DNA from: Bdellovibrionota bacterium
GTDB lineage: Bacteria; Bdellovibrionota_B; Oligoflexia; Oligoflexales; JAWKNZ01
NCBI GenBank assembly: GCA_041391425.1
Contig: JAWKNZ010000006.1
Coordinates: 219,629-283,628 of the forward strand
Length of the DNA stretch: 64,000 nt
Reading direction: 5' to 3'
In this document: positions 39,618 through 49,086 of the stretch, in pieces
Numbering within the stretch: the stretch's first letter is position 1
Layout of the letters: each line of letters starts with the position of its first letter
Notes under the pieces: model-generated
Database searches by the model: none
The model's input: only the letters and a program-made list of their open reading frames with translations
Told to the model about the DNA's origin: nothing
Position numbers and translations under genes: made by a program

Positions 39618-39739
39618 TTAAGGGGAGCAAAACCTATGAGAGCAAGGCGCAGAGGATCGAGCAGCACAGTGTACATATGGGTACATGAGCAGTGCAGAGA
39701 CGAAAGCAACGCAGCTATCATAGGTTTTGCTCCCCTTAA
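39618..39739. mobile_element. MITE family D, copy D1 (122 bp)
   Basis: 20-bp TIR TTAAGGGGAGCAAAACCTAT, flanked by TA (39616-17 and 39740-41). The central ~75 nt is homologous to the core of family A. Confidence 0.8.
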
Positions 39740-39760
39740 TAGTAATAAATAATTTGGCCT

Positions 39761-41851
39761 TTATTGAGGTGTGAGGATTCCGACGTCGTTTTTAGCGATT
39801 TGACCTATTTTTTGACATTGCTTTTTGAGTTCTAGGCTATTTCGAGAAAATTGCAAGGGTGTCTCGACTGCATATACATACTGATTGAAGCTTATTCTTC
39901 CCTGTGTGTGGACTTGGCTTAGTTTGTCTAGGATTAATTTGTGATAGTTTGAAGTGGGCTTCTCATTACAGTATTGTTTGAATCTCATCTTTGGATTCGG
40001 CAATAGTGATACTAAAAAGGCGGCTTCTTTTAAATTTAAATTTGATGGCTGTTTACCAAAGTAGTGGTGTGCCGCTTCAGAAATACCGTAGATATTTGGG
40101 CCAAATTCGATGATGTTTAAGTAGATTTCTAGTATTCGGTCTTTTTTTAAAATGTGATCTAAATGCCACGCCAAAAATAATTCTTGTACTTTTCTTGATA
40201 GCGTTTTTTGGGTGGATAAAAAGAGATTTTTTACAGTTTGCATTGTTATTGTAGATGCTCCGACAGCCAGCCTGTTTTCTTTTAGATTTGTTTTAAATGC
40301 TAAACCTAAAGCTTCTAAGTCGACCCCTTTATGGCGCCAAAAACCAGCATCTTCAGCTGCTATGGCTGCAACTAAGACACTCTTGTTTATTTCGCTTATG
40401 GGAGCAAAGTTTGTAGAAAATGGGCTTAAGTTAAAAGAAAGGATTTGGTCTTTTGAGGTCTGCCTTTCAAATGTAAAAGGTGCAGATAATTTATTTTTGC
40501 TGTATTTTTCGGGGGTGCTTTGTACTTTGCAAGAGAATCTCTGCCTATTTGTTTGAAAAAAATAATTATCTAAATGTGCAGTGTCGAGGCGAAATGATGC
40601 ATTGAGAGAGTAAAATCCTGATAATGTAAAATTATTTAATTTAGGTATGAAGCTAGGAGGAATGGTATTTAGTATTTTTTCGCATTGGGTGGTGGGGATT
40701 TCGATTCTGCCATTCCAGATTCCGTAAGGGGAGGTAGGTTTATTGAAGCTTCCTGTAAGTATCAATTTTCCAGTTAGTTGATTTTTATTTTCAGTTTGAC
40801 CACTATTCGTGGAGGATAGGTTGACTTTAGAGTTTAGGATTGAAAAAAGATTATTTTTTAAATCGATAATGCTGCTAAATTTTGTGTCAAGAGTGAATGG
40901 TCCGATTGTTGTATCAGATAAAGTGGGATGAAATAATTTTAAGTTCGAAGTAGTTATAGATCCGAGAATATTGAAGTTGTCCGTGCTAGGCCAAGTAACT
41001 TTTGTCTTAATATCAACTTTAATCTTTTCTGGATTGATAAGATTGTTTGCAAATAAAAGATTGTTTTTAATGATATCGGGCATTGATTTTAATAATATAT
41101 GGGTGTTAAATCCTACTTTCCTGACTTTTCCTTTTGCGTATAATTCCCAGAGATTTTGAGATGAATCTCTTCCTTTTAATATTATAGAAAGAATGCGTTT
41201 TGCTCCGATTTGAATCCTACCTTTCAATAAACCTATACTCTGCCCATTAATAACTGTGTCATCCGTATAAATTTCGAGCTTTTTGTCCGTTGTGTCTATT
41301 TTTATGCTTGTTAATTTGCTTGTCGCAATAATATTACTTTGAGAATACTTGATGGAAATTTTTGGCTTATGAAAAATGAATAATGTGTTTTCGAGCCAAC
41401 TCTTTAAGGCAAAATAAGGAGTAAAATTTAGGAATTGATTTACCTGAACGTTTGTATCGCTTTTACTGAGGAAGTCGATAAGGGACTTTATGATGCTATT
41501 TTTATTGTCATCAATTTGAATCTTAGCATTGGCAGCATATATTTCGATGGTGGGTATGGTGATAACTTGAGTAGAAAATGGGTTGAAAGATAAAGAAACA
41601 TTTATCTTGTCGATTTTAATGATTTGAGGTTGGGTAATTGTGACTCCATACAATGTTAGAGCTTCAGGATAGAAATCGTATGAGTCTATTTTTATTTCTG
41701 TCCCCGTTTGCTTGTGGATATGCTTAATCCCTGATATTATTATTTGCTCTGAATACAGCCTAATTGTCAGGCTGCAAATGGCCAATATAGCCAATGTTAC
41801 TAATAAGGCTGTGACAAACCATTTATAAAATTTATTAGCTTTTAGCTGCAT
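39761..41851 (-). CDS. peptidoglycan glycosyltransferase (GT51) domain fused to a ~470-aa N-terminal domain of unknown function
   Basis: C-terminal AAIAAEDAGFWRHKGVD and GASTITMQTVKNLFL are GT51 motifs. The N-terminus has a TM segment plus a long beta-rich region. There is no transpeptidase domain. Confidence 0.75.
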   Translation of the reverse strand: MQLKANKFYKWFVTALLVTLAILAICSLTIRLYSEQIIISGIKHIHKQTGTEIKIDSYDFYPEALTLYGVTITQPQIIKIDKINVSLSFNPFSTQVITIPTIEIYAANAKIQIDDNKNSIIKSLIDFLSKSDTNVQVNQFLNFTPYFALKSWLENTLFIFHKPKISIKYSQSNIIATSKLTSIKIDTTDKKLEIYTDDTVINGQSIGLLKGRIQIGAKRILSIILKGRDSSQNLWELYAKGKVRKVGFNTHILLKSMPDIIKNNLLFANNLINPEKIKVDIKTKVTWPSTDNFNILGSITTSNLKLFHPTLSDTTIGPFTLDTKFSSIIDLKNNLFSILNSKVNLSSTNSGQTENKNQLTGKLILTGSFNKPTSPYGIWNGRIEIPTTQCEKILNTIPPSFIPKLNNFTLSGFYSLNASFRLDTAHLDNYFFQTNRQRFSCKVQSTPEKYSKNKLSAPFTFERQTSKDQILSFNLSPFSTNFAPISEINKSVLVAAIAAEDAGFWRHKGVDLEALGLAFKTNLKENRLAVGASTITMQTVKNLFLSTQKTLSRKVQELFLAWHLDHILKKDRILEIYLNIIEFGPNIYGISEAAHHYFGKQPSNLNLKEAAFLVSLLPNPKMRFKQYCNEKPTSNYHKLILDKLSQVHTQGRISFNQYVYAVETPLQFSRNSLELKKQCQKIGQIAKNDVGILTPQ

Positions 41852-42063
41852 AGGCCTATTTGCTGAAATTCTTACATCAATTACGAAAATTTTTATTTCT
41901 GTGTTTCTTGTGTCTAATTTTAGTTTATATTTTCTATTATAGAGTGGGTTGAATATCCTTCTCTACAGCAAGAGTAGCCTATCTGCGGTTTTTGCCTAGA
42001 AAAGTGGATACATTTTGCCGGCATTGTCCGGCTATTTTTATAAACTGCAAGTGATACTGCTAA

Positions 42064-42495
42064 TTAGAATGGTTTGAATACAACCAGTGCGACAATGATT
42101 AACATCAATATAGTTGGCACTTCATTCATTATTCTCAGTTTTTTGCTTGAAGGTACTTGAGCATTTATATCTGCAAAAGATTTTCTCATTTTTCCAGCCT
42201 TGAAGGTTATGAAAGTCAAAGCAATGACAAATAGGATTTTCCCGTGTAGCCAGCCTCCGCTAGCTAAGGATGGCATAGAGATTATAATGCTGATGCCTGC
42301 TATCCATGCCACTGCCATTGCAGGAACTGTAATATAGCGAAAAAGACGAAATTCCATTAACGCAAGTAGTTCATGAATATCGTTGTTATTTCTCCCTTTT
42401 TCACTGTGATAGACAAAAAGGCGAAATAGATACAAGATGCCACACATCCATGAGATTACTGCAATAATGTGAAACCATTTAAATACTAAATACAT
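42064..42495 (-). CDS. hemJ: HemJ-type protoporphyrinogen IX oxidase (UPF0093 family)
   Basis: The MYLVFKWFHIIAVISWMCGILYLFRLFVYH start is typical of HemJ. 143 aa with about 4 TM segments. Confidence 0.7.
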   Translation of the reverse strand: MYLVFKWFHIIAVISWMCGILYLFRLFVYHSEKGRNNNDIHELLALMEFRLFRYITVPAMAVAWIAGISIIISMPSLASGGWLHGKILFVIALTFITFKAGKMRKSFADINAQVPSSKKLRIMNEVPTILMLIIVALVVFKPF

Positions 42496-42562
42496 CCACT
42501 TACCCCCTTTAAATTATTTTTCCTAACAAATACTACTAATTATTTTATGCATTTCAAAAAAA

Positions 42563-42727
42563 GTAACTATTCAGCGTATCTTTTCCCTTCAAGATGTCGC
42601 TTGATACACCGTCATCCTGAGTGAAGCGAAGGATCTATTTCGCAATTTCGAGATCCTTCGCTTCACTCAGAATGACGGGCGGTCAGGGCTTTGAATCGAT
42701 CAGATAAAAAATACGCTGAATAGTTAC
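42563..42727. mobile_element. MITE family C, copy C2 (165 bp, extended central hairpin)
   Basis: Same 17-bp TIRs as C1. The 8-bp TSD CAAAAAAA sits at 42555-42562 and 42728-42735. Confidence 0.85.
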
Positions 42728-42772
42728 CAAAAAAAGAGTTTATTTTTTATACTACACATTATTTCATTGTGC

Positions 42773-45202
42773 TTATATGACAAAATTTACAATTTTCGTA
42801 GGAACAAAAATTTCTTTCTTAATAGCTTTTCCTTCTAGTAGTCTTGCCACTGTTTCTAACGCTTTAGCTTTAGCAATAGCATCATTTTTGGTAACATCTT
42901 GTTCGACTTCTATTGTTCCTCGCATTTTACCGTTAACCATAACTGACATAATTATAATATCTTCCTTTGCGTATTCTGCATCGAATTTCGGCCATTCAGC
43001 ATATGCTAATGAGGAGGTGTTTCCAAGCATTTGCCAAATTTCCTCACATATATGGGGAGCGTAGGGAGACAAAATTAAAATAAATTTTTCTAACGCCTGT
43101 TTGGATAAACAGTTTTCTTTATAAGCGCAGTTGACAAATTCCATCATTGCAGAAATTGCGGTGTTAAAGCGCAATGCCTCTATATCCTCACCCACTTTTT
43201 TTATTGTGCGGTGTAACGATTTTTTCATCGATTCAGATTCGTTATCTGATAATATAGATGAAAGATTACCACTGTCATCGATGGCCAAGCGCCATACTCG
43301 TTTAAGGAAACGATGCACTCCTACAATGCCATTTGTTTGCCAGGGCTTTACTTGATCTAAAGGCCCCATGAACATTTCATAAAGTCTTAGAGAATCTGCG
43401 CCCCATTCTTCTATAACGTGATCAGGATTGACGACATTGCCACGGCTTTTTGACATTTTTTCATTATTACTTCCTAAAATCATTCCTTGATTAACGAGTT
43501 TTTTAAAAGGTTCTTTAGTAGAAACTAAATTGAGGTCATACAGGACTTTATGCCAAAACCTTGCGTAGAGAAGATGTAAAACTGCATGCTCTACCCCACC
43601 TATATACAAGTCTACCGGCATCCAATATTTTTCTTTTTCTTTACTCCAAGCTTCGATATCGTTGTTTGGATCAATATAACGCAAATAGTACCAGCATGAG
43701 CCAGCCCATTGCGGCATAGTGTTTATTTCGCGACTGAAAATTTTGCCGTTTTTTTCATATCTTATCCATTCAGTTGCCTTAGCCAAAGGAGGCTCTTCAG
43801 TACCAGTTGGTTTGAAGCTTTCAAGATCGGGCAGGAGAACGGGAAGCTCCTCTTCACTGACGGGAACTACATTTCCACTTTGATCATAGGCAAGAGGAAA
43901 AGGCTCTCCCCAGTAGCGCTGACGGCAAAAGAGCCAGTCTCTTAGCTTATAGGTGATAGAGCGTTTCCCAATACCTTGTTTTTCAATATAATCACAAATT
44001 TTTATTGTGGCATCATCTTTAGTCAGGTCATTAAGAAAATCAGAGTTGACTAATGTACCATCGCCAGTATGGGCCTGTTCAGATATTTCAGCTTCTCCAC
44101 CACTGATAACCCTAATAATTTTTAAGTTATATTTTTTTGCAAACTCATGATCACGTTCATCGTGTCCTGGGACGGCCATAATAGCTCCGGTGCCGTAGCC
44201 CATCATAACGTAGTCGGCTATATAGATAGGAATTTCTTCGTTATTTACGGGATTTATTGCATAGCTTCCAGTAAAAACGCCAGTTTTTTCTTTCGTGGTA
44301 TCGCCGCGATCTATTTCAGTTTTCTTTGCTGCAGATTCGATATATTTTTTTACTTCCGATTTATTTTTATCGGTTGTAATTTGCGAGACAAGTGGATGCT
44401 CGGGGGCAATAACGCAAAATGTCGCACCAAATAATGTGTCAGGGCGAGTGGTAAATACTTCGAAATCGAGATTGGCAATTCCTTTGACAGTAAAAATAAC
44501 TTTTGCTCCAGTACTTTTGCCAATCCAGTTACGTTGCATTTCTTTGACTGATTCTGGCCAGTCTAATTCGTCTAGATCACCGAGAAGCCTATCGGCATAC
44601 TCTGTGATTTTGAGCAACCACTGTTTCATTTCCTTTTTTTCTACCGGATGGCCACCTACTTCAGAGACCCCATCTTTGACTTCTTCATTAGCTAAAACTG
44701 TTCCGAGGTTAGGACACCAGTTGACGGTTTGATTGGCCTGATAGGCTAGGCCTTTTTCGAAGAGTTTCAAAAAAATCCATTGGGTCCACTTGTAATATGA
44801 CGGCGATGTGGTGTCGATCTCACGGTCCCAATCATAAGAAAGTCCAATAGTTTGAATTTGGCGTCTAAAGTTAGTTATATTTTTTTGAGTTGTTTCTTTC
44901 GGATGAGTGCCAGTTCGAATTGCATGCTGTTCTGCTGGAAGCCCAAAAGCATCCCAGCCCATTGGGTGGAGTACATTATAGCCCTGCATACGTTTATAGC
45001 GTGCAATGATATCAGTGGCAGTATAGCCTTCTGGGTGTCCAACGTGGAGGCCATCGCCGGATGGATAGGGGAACATGTCTAATACATAGTATTTTGGTTT
45101 GTCGTTGTGATCATGAGTCTTAAAGGTTTTATGTTCAGCCCAGTAAGTTTGCCATTTGCTTTCAATGGATGAAAAATCGTAATTTCCAGTAGTGTTGGTC
45201 AT
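42773..45202 (-). CDS. leuS: leucine--tRNA ligase
   Basis: Motifs [18 protein letters not shown] (HIGH) and KMSKSRGN (KMSKS). I prefer the start at ATG 45200-45202 ([18 protein letters not shown]). The ORF stays open up to a TTG at 45250. Confidence 0.95.
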   Translation of the reverse strand: MTNTTGNYDFSSIESKWQTYWAEHKTFKTHDHNDKPKYYVLDMFPYPSGDGLHVGHPEGYTATDIIARYKRMQGYNVLHPMGWDAFGLPAEQHAIRTGTHPKETTQKNITNFRRQIQTIGLSYDWDREIDTTSPSYYKWTQWIFLKLFEKGLAYQANQTVNWCPNLGTVLANEEVKDGVSEVGGHPVEKKEMKQWLLKITEYADRLLGDLDELDWPESVKEMQRNWIGKSTGAKVIFTVKGIANLDFEVFTTRPDTLFGATFCVIAPEHPLVSQITTDKNKSEVKKYIESAAKKTEIDRGDTTKEKTGVFTGSYAINPVNNEEIPIYIADYVMMGYGTGAIMAVPGHDERDHEFAKKYNLKIIRVISGGEAEISEQAHTGDGTLVNSDFLNDLTKDDATIKICDYIEKQGIGKRSITYKLRDWLFCRQRYWGEPFPLAYDQSGNVVPVSEEELPVLLPDLESFKPTGTEEPPLAKATEWIRYEKNGKIFSREINTMPQWAGSCWYYLRYIDPNNDIEAWSKEKEKYWMPVDLYIGGVEHAVLHLLYARFWHKVLYDLNLVSTKEPFKKLVNQGMILGSNNEKMSKSRGNVVNPDHVIEEWGADSLRLYEMFMGPLDQVKPWQTNGIVGVHRFLKRVWRLAIDDSGNLSSILSDNESESMKKSLHRTIKKVGEDIEALRFNTAISAMMEFVNCAYKENCLSKQALEKFILILSPYAPHICEEIWQMLGNTSSLAYAEWPKFDAEYAKEDIIIMSVMVNGKMRGTIEVEQDVTKNDAIAKAKALETVARLLEGKAIKKEIFVPTKIVNFVI

Positions 45203-45715
45203 TCCTAAGTCTCTTAATTTTAGTGATGAAGGGTGTCTTGCTGTTTTCAAAAATATAGGCGTTTTGTCGCCAGCTTGCCTAGTTATAAGTCTTTAAAAAC
45301 AAAATGCAAATCCATATTTTTCTGCGTGTTTTATCTTTGCATGTTTCAGCTTGATTAATTTCAATTGCCTTAATGAAATACTTGTAATATTAATGCCTTA
45401 ATGTGTATGACAAGTTTGTGCTGGTTAGGCTAACAGTATATTTGAGAGTGGGAGACGATGCGTCAGAGTCTGCCATACTGTTGAATTTATACGCTTATCT
45501 GAAGTTTAGACATTATTGCTGACCAACTATTATGTAACATTATCGCTGATCTTCTTCAAAATAAGTAAATTTTTTTGTAAATAAATATCAAGTATAATAT
45601 ACTTAAATAATTAAACTTTTTAGAAATATCTAAATATTTTCTAAGCAATCCCGAATAGTATTTTGTAAATGCGCTGGTGAGTTAGCGTGAGGCACTTAGA
45701 GGGAACTTAGAATCC

Positions 45716-46567
45716 ATGACTAAAAGACTGCTAAAACAAAAGTCAAAGCTGATAAAGCCTAGCGGTTTTATGGATTATAGGCGCTACCTTGAGAGTCTTT
45801 ACAATTCAGTAAAGTCTGGCTCCTCAGAATATACTTATATGCAATTTGCTGAAGATTTGGGTTTTTCAGCAACGACAGTGATTCGCCAAATTGTTTCCAA
45901 AAGTCGGCCGTTGACGGTTAAGGCTGGGGAAAAAATTTCTGTAGCATTAAAATTAGTATCTATAGAGAAGCAGTATTTTTTAGAGCTAATCTCCTATTGT
46001 AATTCGAAAGAAACAAAGAAAAGAGATGTGCACTTTGCAAATTTGTTAAAGGTTCAGCAAAAGCTTTTACCAACATCACTGGATGAAGCGCATTTGGAAT
46101 ATTTCAAAGAGTGGTATCATCCAGTTATTAGAGAATTAGTGGGGCAAGCAGATTTTAGGGAGGATCCGAAGTGGATAGCAAAAAAACTTATCCCTTCGAT
46201 CCGTCCCGAACAAGCAAAAAGGAGTCTTATTCTATTAGAAAAGTTAGGTATGATAAAATTTGATAGGGTAACTGAGAAGTATGTTCAAGCTGAAAGTAGG
46301 GTGGATACTGGTCCTCGTGTTAAAGGAATTGGTTTAGCGAATTACCATAGGAAAATGATTGAGTTGGGTAAAGATGCGTTAACTGTTGTTCAAGCGAAAA
46401 AGCGAGATATTAGTGCGATTACTGTGGGAGTTGATGCTGAGACTGCTGCGAAGATGAAAGAGATGATACATGCATTTCAGGTTCAGTTACTTGAGGAAGC
46501 GGAAAAGACAGTAAAACCAGATCAAGTTTATCAAGTTAACATTCAGTTTTTTTCGATAGCTGAATGA
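45716..46567 (+). CDS. TIGR02147/DUF4423-like putative DNA-binding protein
   Basis: The N-terminal HTH-like region YRRYLESLYN...FAEDLGFSATTVIRQIVSKSRPL and the 283-aa length recall this family. The identification is from memory only. Confidence 0.6.
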   Translation: MTKRLLKQKSKLIKPSGFMDYRRYLESLYNSVKSGSSEYTYMQFAEDLGFSATTVIRQIVSKSRPLTVKAGEKISVALKLVSIEKQYFLELISYCNSKETKKRDVHFANLLKVQQKLLPTSLDEAHLEYFKEWYHPVIRELVGQADFREDPKWIAKKLIPSIRPEQAKRSLILLEKLGMIKFDRVTEKYVQAESRVDTGPRVKGIGLANYHRKMIELGKDALTVVQAKKRDISAITVGVDAETAAKMKEMIHAFQVQLLEEAEKTVKPDQVYQVNIQFFSIAE

Positions 46568-46579
46568 TGGGGTGGGGGT

Positions 46580-47260
46580 ATGCGACTGTTTATAAAAACA
46601 TCGTTGTTCGATAAAAACAAAAAAAAGTGGCACTTGCTTTCTCTCTTGGCAGCAGTCGTCTTCCCCGTCTCATGTGGCACTAGAGCTGGAAATCCTGATG
46701 ATGATAGTGGCATTGAAGTGAAAATTGTTAGTGAAGATTATAGTTCGCTTAATGAAGGTGCATTATTGCTTCTGCGGGGGGAGGAGTTTAAATTCTGTGT
46801 GGAAAAGTTGAAGTTGAAGGGAAAAGGTCGCGACGGGGCGTTGCCTGTTCATTTTGAGCCTGGTTTGATCGATGTGTCAAGTGGAGAAGCCGTAGAGTGG
46901 GGCACGGCTGTAACCTCGATGGGTACATATGATGAACTCAAAGTCACCTTAGCGGCTAATTCCGAAGTGTGTGGGGTAGATTATAGTCTTATTTATGGAC
47001 CATTGACGTTTTATGACCGAGTGACTTTAAAGTGGAGTTTTGAGCCTGAGATTGATGTGTATGATTCTAATGTTGCAATGTCGTTGGCCTTGGAAGAAAT
47101 AGTGGAATTACTGAAAGCTGGAATTGAAAATGATGATGATAGTGACACGTTGAAAATAAAAATTGAAAATGCGCAGAATAAAGGTGTGGGTAAGGATAAA
47201 TCGAAGGTTGCAACGGGAAAAGTTAATAAAAATGAAGGGGCTAATAAGCCTGGTAATTAG
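46580..47260 (+). CDS. lipoprotein, unknown function
   Basis: Lipobox VSCG. Sits 12 nt after the preceding gene, so a likely operon. Confidence 0.6.
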   Translation: MRLFIKTSLFDKNKKKWHLLSLLAAVVFPVSCGTRAGNPDDDSGIEVKIVSEDYSSLNEGALLLLRGEEFKFCVEKLKLKGKGRDGALPVHFEPGLIDVSSGEAVEWGTAVTSMGTYDELKVTLAANSEVCGVDYSLIYGPLTFYDRVTLKWSFEPEIDVYDSNVAMSLALEEIVELLKAGIENDDDSDTLKIKIENAQNKGVGKDKSKVATGKVNKNEGANKPGN

Positions 47261-47281
47261 AGCATAGAAGGGAAGTAGATC

Positions 47282-48229
47282 ATGGTTCTGTTTAAGAGAA
47301 AGATATTGTCAGTCTTTATTATACCGAGTGGCTTAATATTTTATGCGGCTTGTGGGGAGAAGAATACGGACACTGATGACGATAAATTAGTGATTAGTCA
47401 AGGTGTGCCTGGGAATTCGAGTGGAAGTAAAGGATCTGTGCAAGTTGATTTTAATAGTGCTAATTCTTCTTTGAGTTTAACTGAAGAATCAAGTTTAATG
47501 ATTGGTGATAGTATCGAGTTAACGCAAGCAAGATTTAGCATTGCTGCAATTAAAATAAAAACCGAGAAAGAACTGTCTGATGAAGAAGCCGAAATTGAAA
47601 AAATTGAAAAAGAGCACGAACTGGAAGAAGTAGAAAAAGTTGAAAAGACTGAAAGTGATGATGATTCAGCTGCTTTGGTTGATGGCAATGAAGCTAAACC
47701 TTCTAAAGATGGTTTAGCATCTAAAAAAGATGAGTTTAAAGCAGAGCAAGAAAACGAAGCAATGAAGGAAAAAGATCGCGATAAGTCTCTTAAATTTTCT
47801 GGCCCTTATGTATATGATGCATTAGCCGGTGTGTTAGAGGGAGATGCGATTGAGCCAACAGAGATGGTTGATGGAAGCTACCAACGTATTGAATTTAAGC
47901 TTAAACGTAATTGGGACGTTGATGAAGAAGATCCGTTGTTTGGAAATGTGTTTGTGATTCAAGGTAATAGAATTGATGGTGAAGATAAAGTTCCTTTTGA
48001 TGTATATTATCACATAGCTACAAATTTCCGTTTACATGGTGATGGTGATTTCTTTGTCGAAGCAGGCACTGATAATGAGTTGGAAATAGTGTTTGATCTT
48101 CAAAAATGGTTTGATGGGGTAGATTTGTCTGGCGTTGAAATTGCAGATGGAGAAAATAAAATTGTCATAGACAAGGACTCTAATCATGAAATTTTGAAAG
48201 CAATACGAAAAAATATAAGTAAATACTAG
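47282..48229 (+). CDS. lipoprotein with acidic coiled/low-complexity insert, unknown function
   Basis: Lipobox YAACG, with an E/K/D-rich insert. The C-terminal region is similar in style to the preceding lipoprotein. Confidence 0.6.
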   Translation: MVLFKRKILSVFIIPSGLIFYAACGEKNTDTDDDKLVISQGVPGNSSGSKGSVQVDFNSANSSLSLTEESSLMIGDSIELTQARFSIAAIKIKTEKELSDEEAEIEKIEKEHELEEVEKVEKTESDDDSAALVDGNEAKPSKDGLASKKDEFKAEQENEAMKEKDRDKSLKFSGPYVYDALAGVLEGDAIEPTEMVDGSYQRIEFKLKRNWDVDEEDPLFGNVFVIQGNRIDGEDKVPFDVYYHIATNFRLHGDGDFFVEAGTDNELEIVFDLQKWFDGVDLSGVEIADGENKIVIDKDSNHEILKAIRKNISKY

Positions 48230-48374
48230 GTTTGGTAGGATGATGATGGTGATGGTAGTCTTGATGAGGATGAAGTCGCGGGTGTTGGTGAAGAAGTGGC
48301 GGATGCTGGAGATGATGAGTCTGAAACTGCGAGTGAATAAATTCAAGTTGGAATGAAGGTGGAATTTAGATGCG

Positions 48375-48416
48375 CCGGCCCTTAAAAGATATCTCTTTTA
48401 AGGGCCGGATTTTTTT
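48375..48416 (+). terminator. strong rho-independent terminator
   Basis: A perfect 15-bp stem CCGGCCCTTAAAAGA / TCTTTTAAGGGCCGG with loop TATC, followed by A and then T7. Confidence 0.85.
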
Positions 48417-48697
48417 ATGAAGTAATAACTTTGAGATTGAGCTTACTAGAAATTATATTATGATTTTTTTGCTGGTGCTAGGCTAGTTCATGGATTCATT
48501 TAAATGGAAATTCAAAGGAAGGTTCAGTGGTTATAAGAGGATATGATTTGACCTAAGCACCAGCAAATGTTTTAAAGTCAGCCTTTCTTAGCTAACTGTC
48601 TCATTTCTTCTATGGTATGAGAGCTAGTATGAATAATTCATGAGAGAACCGTCCTTTACGTTTTTTTCGGTTAAAATAAGCTTTCGAAACTATCCTA

Positions 48698-48819
48698 TTA
48701 AGGGGGAGCAAAATCTATCAGACAAGGCTTGTCTAAAAAAATGACGAGATAGTAGCTTTAGTACAGTGACGGATGTTTTTTTAGGTGTAACGCAGCATGA
48801 TAGGTTTTGCTCCCTTTAA
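48698..48819. mobile_element. MITE family D, copy D2 (122 bp)
   Basis: TIRs TTAAGGGGGAGCAAAATCTAT / ATAGGTTTTGCTCCCTTTAA, flanked by TA/TA. The central part differs from D1. Confidence 0.75.
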
Positions 48820-48904
48820 TATGTGCAAGATATTGATGCATTGAGTTAAGTGAGTCTAAGTTATCTATTGATAATGATGAAGTTTTTTAATGCCTGACTT
48901 ATAT

Positions 48905-49064
48905 CCGATCCGAATTTCTAGCCGGTTGCGGCGTTGCTTCGTCGTCAGGAAATCCTCATGTACCAACATGTACACTGCGGTTTCCTACCTCCTTGCGCCT
49001 AGCACCTGAGCGAACTTCGAAACCGTTGAAAATACTACAGTTCTTCAAAAATTTCAAATCTCGG
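48905..49064. mobile_element. MITE family A, copy A3 (~160 bp)
   Basis: Collinear with A2 (minus its insert) and with the reverse complement of A1. Confidence 0.8.
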
Positions 49065-49086
49065 TTACATATGTGGAGGGTATTAT

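Noticed and set aside
44295-44732. 145-aa plus-strand ORF, and many similar 60-120-aa ORFs antisense to valS, leuS, fhs, pgk, the amine oxidase gene and others
   Set aside because: They lie entirely inside well-supported long genes on the opposite strand. These are typical shadow ORFs.
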